This document shows positions 9,230 through 16,248 of a stretch of 20,000 bases of DNA, one piece after another. The notes below the pieces were generated by a model. That model saw only the letters and a program-made list of their open reading frames with translations. It was not told where the DNA came from and searched no databases. The DNA is from an uncultured virus (IMG/VR IMGVR_UViG_3300008259_000056) (taxonomy: Duplodnaviria; Heunggongvirae; Uroviricota; Caudoviricetes). The DNA lies in the IMG/VR virus record IMGVR_UViG_3300008259_000056; one strand, 5' to 3'. Numbering within the stretch: position 1 is the stretch's first letter; each line of letters opens with the position of its first letter. The position numbers and the translations under genes are program-made.

Positions 9230-9556
9230 ATCACCCACTTTAATTCCATTCTTTTTACAAGTACCACCTTTAACTTCCAATATAAAATCTCCTTCACCAC
9301 AGTAGTTAGTACAATCATCTGACTTACACGGAGGACAATCATGATGAATCTCGGTAATCCTACCATCTTCAATGTAAATAATGTCTAATGGGATTATACA
9401 ATTCTTCATCCAAAAACAATGTTCACCTTCGTCCATAATGAATAACATTCCGTTGAATTCTGTATTGAACTTTTTGTTCATCATACCATTGATGGTATCT
9501 TTTTTAGAAACTACAGTTTTTACTTTGAATTTCTTTTTGTTTATACTTATAATCAT
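9215..9556 (-). CDS. DUF192 family protein
   Basis: GMM...GMLF...FWMKNCIIPLDIIYI...ILEVKGG...GIKVGD matches the DUF192 pattern. Confidence 0.85.
   Translation of the reverse strand: MIISINKKKFKVKTVVSKKDTINGMMNKKFNTEFNGMLFIMDEGEHCFWMKNCIIPLDIIYIEDGRITEIHHDCPPCKSDDCTNYCGEGDFILEVKGGTCKKNGIKVGDLVHI
9525..9553 (+). promoter_or_regulatory. Candidate promoter for the Nudix gene, located inside the 5' end of DUF192 (opposite strand)
   Basis: TTGAAT (9525-9530), 17-nt spacer, TATAAT (9548-9553). Confidence 0.45.
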
Positions 9557-9562
9557 ATACTG

Positions 9563-9570
9563 ATAAATAT
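9563..9570 (-). promoter_or_regulatory. ATATTTAT motif upstream of DUF192
   Basis: Reads ATAAATAT on the + strand, 6 nt before the minus-strand ATG at 9556. Confidence 0.5.
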
Positions 9571-9981
9571 ATGAATACTGATAAAATGAAAGTTGTTTCT
9601 GGTACGATTATCCAATACGGTGATAAGGTATTAATGTGTAAAAGAGCTGAAAAACAAGCGTATGGTGGTGAGTGGTCTATTCCTTTAGGTAAGGTTAATA
9701 CTAATGAAAGTCCGATTAACGGAGCAAAACGGGAGTTTTTTGAAGAAACTAATATCAAGTTAACTGGTGATATTAAATTAATTGATATTATTACAAGAGA
9801 TAACGGAACCATAATATATGTTTATTATAAAAATAGTGGTAAAGAATTAATACCTGACCTTGAGAATGCTAAGGATGGTAAAGAACACACTCAGTGTGGT
9901 TACTATGGTAAAGATGATTTACCTTTCGGTGAAAAATATGATGAAATTTATGAAATTATTAAAAGAGTATTAGGAAAATAA
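9571..9981 (+). CDS. Nudix hydrolase
   Basis: WSIPLGKVNTNESPINGAKREFFEETNI fits the Nudix box GX5EX7REUXEEXGU, with N in place of the last G. The start could be 9586. Confidence 0.9.
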   Translation: MNTDKMKVVSGTIIQYGDKVLMCKRAEKQAYGGEWSIPLGKVNTNESPINGAKREFFEETNIKLTGDIKLIDIITRDNGTIIYVYYKNSGKELIPDLENAKDGKEHTQCGYYGKDDLPFGEKYDEIYEIIKRVLGK

Positions 9982-9993
9982 TAATACTTTACA

Positions 9994-10001
9994 TATATTT
10001 G
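9994..10001 (+). promoter_or_regulatory. Bacteroidota-type -7 element TATATTTG
   Basis: Exact TAnnTTTG match, 25 nt before ATG 10027. Confidence 0.6.
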
Positions 10002-10026
10002 TATTCATCAAACAATCACCACCACA

Positions 10027-10767
10027 ATGACAACAGAAACAAAACAATCCTTAAAAGAGAAAGTATTAGCCCAAAGAAATTCTGTTATTAAACAGATGAA
10101 ACAACATATTGCCGATATAGGTAAGATTGAATCTGAGTACGAAAAATACTTCGCAGAAATCAAAAAACACTCTCCTGACTTCGCATTAACCAAAACCGCA
10201 AAACGATATGCTAAAGATGTATATTTTCGTCAAGGGGTAAACAATGAGGCGGTCCTTGTTGATACTATTGAAATGTCATATAATGAGTGTCGTATTAGTT
10301 ATGTTGGTAAATTACCTGAAAAATATATTAATACTATTGATATTGTAGTAGAAGAGCATAAAACTTCAGGTAGACGCTCTTGGAATATAACCAATCACGG
10401 ATTCAAATTAAGATTGAGAATGGATTGGGGTAAAGAAGTGTATTACAAATCAGTAAAGACCTTTGTCAATAAAATCACTGATTTCGTTAATCTAAAGTGG
10501 GCGGCCTATGACCACCAAATTCTCTTAGAGAAAAAGAGAGAGATGGCTCTTAATTACGCAAGAGTTCAGTTTAACACTAATAGTATCAGTATGATGGATG
10601 CGACAACTATCAGAGTTGTCTACGATAATGGAGCTGAGGTTAGAGTTCAATACAATGTTAATATTGAGACTGGTGAGGTTAAACTTATCTTGGGTGCGGT
10701 AAGACCACCAAAAAATAATAGTAATGAGGTAATGATTAATTTCGCTAACTCACTTGGTAGTTTATAA
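10027..10767 (+). CDS. Hypothetical protein (probable early gene)
   Basis: 246-aa ORF behind a TAnnTTTG element. No recognised motif. Confidence 0.75.
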   Translation: MTTETKQSLKEKVLAQRNSVIKQMKQHIADIGKIESEYEKYFAEIKKHSPDFALTKTAKRYAKDVYFRQGVNNEAVLVDTIEMSYNECRISYVGKLPEKYINTIDIVVEEHKTSGRRSWNITNHGFKLRLRMDWGKEVYYKSVKTFVNKITDFVNLKWAAYDHQILLEKKREMALNYARVQFNTNSISMMDATTIRVVYDNGAEVRVQYNVNIETGEVKLILGAVRPPKNNSNEVMINFANSLGSL

Positions 10768-10784
10768 TTTAAATTGTATATTTG
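10754..10784 (+). promoter_or_regulatory. Bacteroidota-type promoter TTG-N20-TATATTTG
   Basis: TTG at 10754-10756 and TATATTTG at 10777-10784. Confidence 0.7.
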
Positions 10785-10798
10785 TAAAAAATAAGGAT

Positions 10799-11074
10799 AT
10801 GAACATGACAAAACACAACATCAGAATCGTTCACGAGAAGTTTGGTAATTTGGTAGATGAGTCCTTTGTTGACTCAACACAATTCAAATTGTTCCTTAAA
10901 ATGGTTCATGGTTGTATTGAACTAAAGAACGACCTATCGTTCTTCAACGGGACTGACTTCTTGATTCATATCCCATCTAAACACTTGGTTGATTGTATCA
11001 TCATCACATCAATGGATGAGGTGAGTGTTGTAGACCAAGTTAGAAGTAAAGTTGAAGCATTGGTTACAAGATAA
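10799..11074 (+). CDS. Hypothetical protein (~91 aa)
   Basis: ATG 10799 (or 10805) lies downstream of the promoter. The listed TTG start at 10754 is the -33 element. Confidence 0.75.
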   Translation: MNMTKHNIRIVHEKFGNLVDESFVDSTQFKLFLKMVHGCIELKNDLSFFNGTDFLIHIPSKHLVDCIIITSMDEVSVVDQVRSKVEALVTR

Positions 11075-11130
11075 TATGTCGTTTCTCTGTATCGTATAAC
11101 GGAGTGGTGGAAAATGCCGATTTCGGCCCC

Positions 11131-11159
11131 AAAGGGAGATGTAATGTCTCCCTTTTTTT
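11131..11159 (+). terminator. Intrinsic terminator between convergent genes
   Basis: AAAGGGAGAT-gtaat-GTCTCCCTTT plus a T run. Confidence 0.8.
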
Positions 11160-11160
11160 A

Positions 11161-11826
11161 TTATATTATTTTTGAACCTTTACTTAAATTATCTTTCGCC
11201 CATAAAGGTTGTAAATTATCTAACGAATTAACCACTGACATTTTTTCATTTTTATCAAAACTTGATACTGGTTTAATATGGTCAATATGCCATTCACCCC
11301 TATTACTCCAAGACATACCCTCAAGGAATTTAGATTCAATATGTTCTTTTAAATCCTGAGCCGAATACCCTAACATCTCAATTGTTTTACTTTCTTTTTT
11401 TGTATTAAATCTTTTTAGTGAATTGTTTAATAAAGTCCTCCAAGAGATGATATGTGCATTTTTTTCTTTATTTTTTTCTTTATTTTTTTGTTTTGATTTT
11501 CGTTGCAATAGTTTTAATTTTTCTTGATTATTTTCCCTGTATAATAATTGTCTTTCTTTTATTTTATCTAAATTTTCATAATAGTATTTTCTAAATCGTT
11601 CTTTTTCTTTTTCATTATTTTTATCACGATATACTTTATTATATTTTGATTTATTTTTTTTGTTTTTTTCTAATATTATATTTTTATTATTTTTATAATA
11701 CGCATTACTACGATTAATTGCGCATATTTTACAATCAGACGATAAACCATCTTTTCTGTTTTTGTTTTTATGGTATTCTGAAATACTTTTTTCTATTTTA
11801 CAAATATTACAAATCTTTGTTTCCAT
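11161..11826 (-). CDS. HNH endonuclease with N-terminal CxxC...CxxC Zn finger (homing-endonuclease-like)
   Basis: N-terminal KICNIC...KDGLSSDCKIC, a long K/E/N-rich helical linker and a C-terminal WHIDHIKP...NLQPLWAKDNLSKG. Confidence 0.88.
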   Translation of the reverse strand: METKICNICKIEKSISEYHKNKNRKDGLSSDCKICAINRSNAYYKNNKNIILEKNKKNKSKYNKVYRDKNNEKEKERFRKYYYENLDKIKERQLLYRENNQEKLKLLQRKSKQKNKEKNKEKNAHIISWRTLLNNSLKRFNTKKESKTIEMLGYSAQDLKEHIESKFLEGMSWSNRGEWHIDHIKPVSSFDKNEKMSVVNSLDNLQPLWAKDNLSKGSKII

Positions 11827-11959
11827 AATATTCTTTTAATAACTTCTCAATTAACCTTGATTTATTTGTTAAATCATTTTCCATTTTTTTATTTAAATAT
11901 GGACTCAAAGTTATTGATATTTTAACTTTTTTTTCTTGGAGTGTTTTTTTCTTTTCCAT
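11807..11959 (-). CDS. Unlisted 50-aa ribbon-helix-helix-like DNA-binding protein
   Basis: Hand translation gives MEKKKTLQEKKVKISITLSPYLNKKMENDLTNKSRLIEKLLKEYYGNKDL*. It has an alternating beta ribbon (KVKISITL), a helix, then an NKSRLIEKLL second helix. It overlaps the HNH start by 20 nt. Confidence 0.75.
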   Translation of the reverse strand: MEKKKTLQEKKVKISITLSPYLNKKMENDLTNKSRLIEKLLKEYYGNKDL

Positions 11960-11963
11960 ATCA

Positions 11964-11991
11964 ATAAATATCTGTAAAATCCGTAAAATCC
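11964..11991 (-). promoter_or_regulatory. ATATTTAT motif plus adjacent tandem 9-mer (candidate RHH operator)
   Basis: ATAAATAT at 11964-11971 (+ strand reading), and GTAAAATCC twice at 11974-11982 and 11983-11991. Confidence 0.5.
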
Positions 11992-12025
11992 TACTTTTGT
12001 TAGTGAATTTATTTAGAATTATGTA

Positions 12026-12033
12026 ATATTTAT
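12026..12033 (+). promoter_or_regulatory. ATATTTAT motif
   Basis: 14 nt before ATG 12048. Confidence 0.55.
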
Positions 12034-12047
12034 AAAATAAAAGAAAT

Positions 12048-12362
12048 ATGAAACGAATTATAATATCTGAGAAGCAACTTGAAAGTTTGGTCGGAGCGTT
12101 AAGAAAGGTAAATGAGGAACATAAAGAAGGGTCTTATATGTCTAAGTCGCAATTGTATGTGATAGCGACATTAGCAATGACGATGTGGGAGAATATGGAA
12201 GATGGGGAACAATTAGAAGATTGGATGGAAAGTAAAATCGCTCAGTGTGAACAAAGTATTGTCTCCGTAGTTAAAACATTTATGTATGATGAATTTACGG
12301 ATGAAAATGATATAGGAGGAATGAATAAGTTGGATTTCAAAGACATCGTAATAGGAAAATAA
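12048..12362 (+). CDS. Small helical phage protein with IISEKQL leader; possible virion-internal protein
   Basis: The EGSYMSKSQL...EQLEDWMESKI pattern resembles a helical module I recall from large-phage proteins. Function unknown. Confidence 0.65.
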   Translation: MKRIIISEKQLESLVGALRKVNEEHKEGSYMSKSQLYVIATLAMTMWENMEDGEQLEDWMESKIAQCEQSIVSVVKTFMYDEFTDENDIGGMNKLDFKDIVIGK

Positions 12363-12373
12363 CAACAAACCAT

Positions 12374-12402
12374 TTGATAATTTGAAACCTTTAGTGTATA
12401 AT
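12374..12402 (+). promoter_or_regulatory. Candidate promoter for rmlC
   Basis: TTGATA (12374-12379), 17-nt spacer, TATAAT (12397-12402). Confidence 0.55.
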
Positions 12403-12420
12403 TTACATTAAAGGTTTTTT
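12385..12420 (+). terminator. Intrinsic terminator (14-bp stem)
   Basis: AAACCTTTAGTGTA-taatt-TACATTAAAGGTTT followed by further Ts. Confidence 0.7.
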
Positions 12421-12433
12421 AATTTTATAACAT

Positions 12434-13063
12434 ATGGAACAGCCAAAATTGATTAAGAGTGAAATGTATGATGACCACAGAGGTAGATTCGCACCATTAC
12501 AATTACATTATACAAACAGAGGTGAATTAGATAAGGATTGGTTACAAAGTAATATCAGTATCTCAGATAAAAAATGGACGATTAGAGGACTTCATTTTCA
12601 AAATGGGTTATTTGCCCAATCAAAACTAATAAAAGTGATTCAAGGGTCAATTCTTGATTTTGTGGTTGATTTAAGATATGATTCGGAAAATTATTTGGAA
12701 GTTAAATTTTATGATTTAAAAGATAGTAATTCCCTTGATTTATATGTCCCAAAAGGATTTGCTCACGGATTCATTACAAGAACTGATAATACAATTGTTC
12801 AATATTTGGTTGACGCACCATATTCACCTGAAAGTGAAGGATGTTTATATTGGAAAGAGTTACCAATAATTAAACAAAGAATTGGTGAATATATACCTGA
12901 CTTTGATGAGGATAATGTTATCATATCGGATAAAGATAAATCAACTTATAACATGCCAGAGTTATCACCATTGATTGAAGACTTGATTGGTGATTTAATT
13001 AAAAAATATCCAAACGATTTAGAGTTGGGTAAACAAATTAGACATCATTTTAATCCATTCTAA
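12434..13063 (+). CDS. rmlC: dTDP-4-dehydrorhamnose 3,5-epimerase family protein
   Basis: DDHRGRF, IRGLHFQ, QSKLI, VVDLR, LYVPKGFAHGF and ISDKD are RmlC/RfbC motifs. There is an extra ~35-aa C-terminal tail. Confidence 0.9.
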   Translation: MEQPKLIKSEMYDDHRGRFAPLQLHYTNRGELDKDWLQSNISISDKKWTIRGLHFQNGLFAQSKLIKVIQGSILDFVVDLRYDSENYLEVKFYDLKDSNSLDLYVPKGFAHGFITRTDNTIVQYLVDAPYSPESEGCLYWKELPIIKQRIGEYIPDFDEDNVIISDKDKSTYNMPELSPLIEDLIGDLIKKYPNDLELGKQIRHHFNPF

Positions 13064-13085
13064 AACCTAATCACTAAAATAAATG

Positions 13086-13116
13086 AAGTCCATCGGAGTA
13101 ATTTCTGATGGACTTT
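13086..13116 (+). terminator. Hairpin / probable terminator
   Basis: AAGTCCATCGGA-gtaatt-TCTGATGGACTT (12 bp, one G-U) with an AT-rich tail. Confidence 0.7.
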
Positions 13117-13124
13117 ATATTTAT
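13117..13124 (+). promoter_or_regulatory. ATATTTAT motif
   Basis: Directly after the hairpin, 17 nt before ATG 13142. Confidence 0.55.
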
Positions 13125-13141
13125 ATATAAATTATAATATT

Positions 13142-13597
13142 ATGGGACTAATTGATGACGAGAACTTCAAACGAGTTTTAAAAAGAAGCCTTAAAGAGGA
13201 GGAAGAAGAAAAACAAGAAAAATCTGAAGGTTCAGGTGGTTTCAAAAAGATGATGGAAAAAATTCTTCATTCAAGAACACAAATACATATATTTCATTTG
13301 CAAACTAAATCATATGCAGAACATATTGCATTAAACGAGTTTTACGATGGAGTTATTGGGTTATTTGATGGATTAGTTGAATCTTATCAAGGTAAGTATG
13401 GTATTATAACAAATTACGAATGTGACGGATTTGAAGATTATTCAAGCGGGGAACAAGTGATTAAGTATTTAAAAGATTTAGAATCTAGTATTGAGGACCT
13501 AAGAAAATCAGTTAAAGAATCTTATTTACAGAATCAGATTGATACCGTAGAAGAATTAATTAACTCAACATTATATAAGTTAAGATTTTTAAAATGA
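13142..13597 (+). CDS. Ferritin/Dps-like four-helix protein (DUF5856-like)
   Basis: HIFHLQTKSYAEHIALNEFYD...DGLVESYQGKYG...LQNQID...TLYKLRFLK, with an acidic N-terminal extension. Confidence 0.75.
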   Translation: MGLIDDENFKRVLKRSLKEEEEEKQEKSEGSGGFKKMMEKILHSRTQIHIFHLQTKSYAEHIALNEFYDGVIGLFDGLVESYQGKYGIITNYECDGFEDYSSGEQVIKYLKDLESSIEDLRKSVKESYLQNQIDTVEELINSTLYKLRFLK

Positions 13598-14532
13598 TTT
13601 CAGATATTAAAAGAATACTAAAAGAAACTCTTGAAGGAGGGACTGAAGGTAGAGTTTTATCTAATAAAGAAATTAAACTCTTCAAAACAATTAATGCGAA
13701 AAAGAAAGATTTAGGTAGTAAGGCTAAATTAATTGAGTTTATCCAAATGATGTTAAACTTAATGGGTAAGAATACTTCTGAAGCCAGATTTTACTATGAA
13801 GTGTACACTCAAAACTACAGACCTGAAGGTGATTATGAGAATTTAACTCAAGACAATTTTAAGGACCTTAGAGGGTTCAAACAAAGAAAGACTCCTAACA
13901 ATACCGCTTGGGAATTTACAACAGCTAGAATACCTTTTAAAGGGAGTAATTTAGAGGGTGAGTGGGATGATGATAGTAAAGGTGTGTGGTATTATGTTGT
14001 TAAATCATATGGTTGGTATCCAGTATACATTTATAAAAACGGACAATGGTATGGTGTAAGTAATACTTATTCATCATCAACATCAAAACAAATGTCAAAT
14101 GCAAGACCAAGAATTTGGAATGATAATTTAAAAAGTGAGATTGTTTATTTATCACCTGAAGAAATGAAGGGTGTTATGTATACAGGTAAAAATTTAGAGG
14201 ATATTGAAAGTGAAAGATATCAAGGTTTTGTAGGGGCTAAAGATGGACATGGTATGGACATTAATAGAACCAAAACTTTTGGATGGGGTAATGATAAGAT
14301 TAAAGCGTCGTTTAAAATTGATAAAGTTGATATAGAAGGCGATGATGTAATTTTTAATATTCAAATTAAAAAGGCGGGTAATGTGGAAGGGACAAATAGA
14401 ATGGTTCAGTTTACTGATGGATACCCTGAAGATTTTAAAAAGAAACTTGATGAATATCTAACCCAATATATTAATCAACTTTTTGGTCAGGAACTAAGAA
14501 GAAAGAACATTGTTGTTAGTGTTAAATATTAA
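13594..14532 (+). CDS. Hypothetical protein with KRILKE leader
   Basis: 312-aa ORF overlapping the upstream stop. Central YVVKSYGWYP...GQWY...YSSSTSKQ segment; function not recognised. Confidence 0.75.
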   Translation: MISDIKRILKETLEGGTEGRVLSNKEIKLFKTINAKKKDLGSKAKLIEFIQMMLNLMGKNTSEARFYYEVYTQNYRPEGDYENLTQDNFKDLRGFKQRKTPNNTAWEFTTARIPFKGSNLEGEWDDDSKGVWYYVVKSYGWYPVYIYKNGQWYGVSNTYSSSTSKQMSNARPRIWNDNLKSEIVYLSPEEMKGVMYTGKNLEDIESERYQGFVGAKDGHGMDINRTKTFGWGNDKIKASFKIDKVDIEGDDVIFNIQIKKAGNVEGTNRMVQFTDGYPEDFKKKLDEYLTQYINQLFGQELRRKNIVVSVKY

Positions 14533-15236
14533 TGAGAACATTTGAGTGGTGTGGTTATGAATGGATAACCCAAGAAAGATGGGGTCAAATACACCCTGAA
14601 AAATCACACTGGTGGTATGATGAATCTTGTGTTTCAGTTGATAAACAAAATCATTTACACCTTAAAACTAAATATAATCCTAAACGATTTGAGGAATTCA
14701 ATTTGACATCACCCATAGGTGTTGGGTTGGTTTCTTGCACTAATAAGTTTAAATATGGCGTCTTTAGTATTGAAGCCAAATTACCACATGGTAAGAATTT
14801 GTGGCCGGCATTTTGGATGTGGAGTTGGGATAGTTGGCCGCCAGAAATTGATGTCTTTGAGGGGTATAGTGATAATCACCCAAATTACTTAAAATTAAGG
14901 TTAAATAAACCTTTTGGTTTTTGGAATCTACAGACAAATTTACATTATAAAAATGGGGATGACTCAAAAATGGTTGGAGGTAAAACTCACTATTTCGGAT
15001 TTAAAGACCCTACCAAATATTTTATGAATTATAGTGTGGAGTGGGCTAAAGATTATGTTAAGTTCTATTATGACGACATCTTGGTTAGGACTATCAAAGA
15101 TGAAGAAATCCTTAAACAACTTGATAATACAACTATGAATGTGATTATTAATAATGGGGTTATTGAGAGTGTTGATAGACAATACCCACCTGAATCAGAT
15201 TTTGTTATTAGGAATTTTAAATACTCTTTCGGTTAA
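14532..15236 (+). CDS. Glycoside hydrolase family 16 protein
   Basis: FKYG..E..AKLP.G..LWPAFWM and the catalytic EIDVFE (ExDxxE), plus YSVEW...VKFYYD. No signal peptide is visible. Confidence 0.88.
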   Translation: MRTFEWCGYEWITQERWGQIHPEKSHWWYDESCVSVDKQNHLHLKTKYNPKRFEEFNLTSPIGVGLVSCTNKFKYGVFSIEAKLPHGKNLWPAFWMWSWDSWPPEIDVFEGYSDNHPNYLKLRLNKPFGFWNLQTNLHYKNGDDSKMVGGKTHYFGFKDPTKYFMNYSVEWAKDYVKFYYDDILVRTIKDEEILKQLDNTTMNVIINNGVIESVDRQYPPESDFVIRNFKYSFG

Positions 15237-15714
15237 CTTTATATATATCATTTTTTAGCCATCTCGTTTCAATATGACTACCATCAACTACTTGAGGTTC
15301 TCTAACTGGTTCACTATCAAATTCATTTATATCTCCAACCATGTCCATAAAGTCCTTCAGTTCTACAATATCTTTTTTATCGGATGAATAAGATTCTAAT
15401 TCTAATTCATAATCGGTTCTAGTTGTTTGTTCCTCATATATTGAATATGGAAATCTGTACTTGTTAAGAGTAGGTCTTTGTAATGGTTGAGTCATTTCAC
15501 CACCCTCAAAATCTTCCCTATTAAGTTTAATTAATTCCATAACATAAGTGACATCAACATAATCAATCATTGAAATACCCATAACTTTAAGATAATTTTG
15601 ACATGCTTCGTCAATCTCTTCCATACTACTATGATTACTAACTGAATCGTAAACTTTTTTAACTAATGCGAATAACATTCTATCGGGAACTTGTTCTAAT
15701 AAGGATTTGTTCAT
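15217..15714 (-). CDS. Acidic hypothetical protein (MNKSLLEQVPD...)
   Basis: ATG 15714 is preferred because the longer listed start runs through the divergent promoter region. It overlaps GH16 convergently by 20 nt. Confidence 0.7.
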   Translation of the reverse strand: MNKSLLEQVPDRMLFALVKKVYDSVSNHSSMEEIDEACQNYLKVMGISMIDYVDVTYVMELIKLNREDFEGGEMTQPLQRPTLNKYRFPYSIYEEQTTRTDYELELESYSSDKKDIVELKDFMDMVGDINEFDSEPVREPQVVDGSHIETRWLKNDIYKVNRKSI

Positions 15715-15729
15715 ATATTTGACTTTACA

Positions 15730-15737
15730 ATAAATAT
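15730..15737 (-). promoter_or_regulatory. ATATTTAT motif
   Basis: Reads ATAAATAT on the + strand, 15 nt before the minus-strand ATG at 15714. Confidence 0.55.
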
Positions 15738-15758
15738 TAATAAAAATGATAATCGTGT

Positions 15759-15789
15759 TTGACTTAATAATAAACATTACATATACTTT
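15759..15789 (+). promoter_or_regulatory. Candidate host-RNAP promoter for the DIP1984-like gene
   Basis: TTGACT (15759-15764), 17-nt spacer, TATACT (15782-15787). Confidence 0.6.
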
Positions 15790-15804
15790 CTAAAACAACA
15801 AATC

Positions 15805-16239
15805 ATGACAGTAAAACAGGCATTAAAACAGAAGAATTTATTGGTTAAAAAAATCAATGAAGATATTAGAAAAGTTCACACATATAACTCAGTTGATGAG
15901 GGAAATACCAGACCATACTCAACAAAAGAGTTACTTAATAAAATTATGGAGACCACTAAAGAATTGGTTGACCTAAAGACAAAAATCCATTTGGCAAACG
16001 CACCCGTGTACCATAAAATTTTTGAATTATCAGAACTTAAAAATACTGTGACGTTTTTGAAAGGTTTGGACTGTTCAGAAGGTAAAGTGGTTGATAGATA
16101 TACTCGCTCACAGGAGCCAACTATCAAAGTTGCAGAGTTATCAGTAATAGAAAGAGATAACTTGGTTGAGGGGTTTGAAAACAGAATTGAGTTACTCCAA
16201 GAAGAATTGGATACCCACAATGCAACAACCCACATTTAA
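15805..16239 (+). CDS. DIP1984-like all-helical/coiled-coil protein
   Basis: MTVKQALKQK, NSVDEG, LVDLKTKIHLAN and the C-terminal LQEELDTHNATTHI parallel the DIP1984-family pattern as I recall it (MKLAEAL..R, VQEG, L...I...N, LD..IQ..NW...L). The length of 144 aa also fits. Confidence 0.6.
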   Translation: MTVKQALKQKNLLVKKINEDIRKVHTYNSVDEGNTRPYSTKELLNKIMETTKELVDLKTKIHLANAPVYHKIFELSELKNTVTFLKGLDCSEGKVVDRYTRSQEPTIKVAELSVIERDNLVEGFENRIELLQEELDTHNATTHI

Positions 16240-16248
16240 TTGTGGGTT

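Noticed and set aside
11075..11160. tRNA gene
   Set aside because: It has no acceptor stem or TTC-containing T-arm in the proper geometry; it is kept only as a candidate structured RNA.
11161..11826. Intron-encoded HNH (group I intron)
   Set aside because: The flanking genes are complete and on the opposite strand, and no split gene or intron core is evident.
15876..16235. 119-aa minus-strand ORF, and similar short nested or antisense ORFs (e.g. 459, 658, 874, 1369, 1848, 4188, 5131, 8530, 9381, 9504, 11114, 14764, 16758, 18285, 19528)
   Set aside because: They lie within or across better-supported genes and lack recognisable motifs or expression signals.
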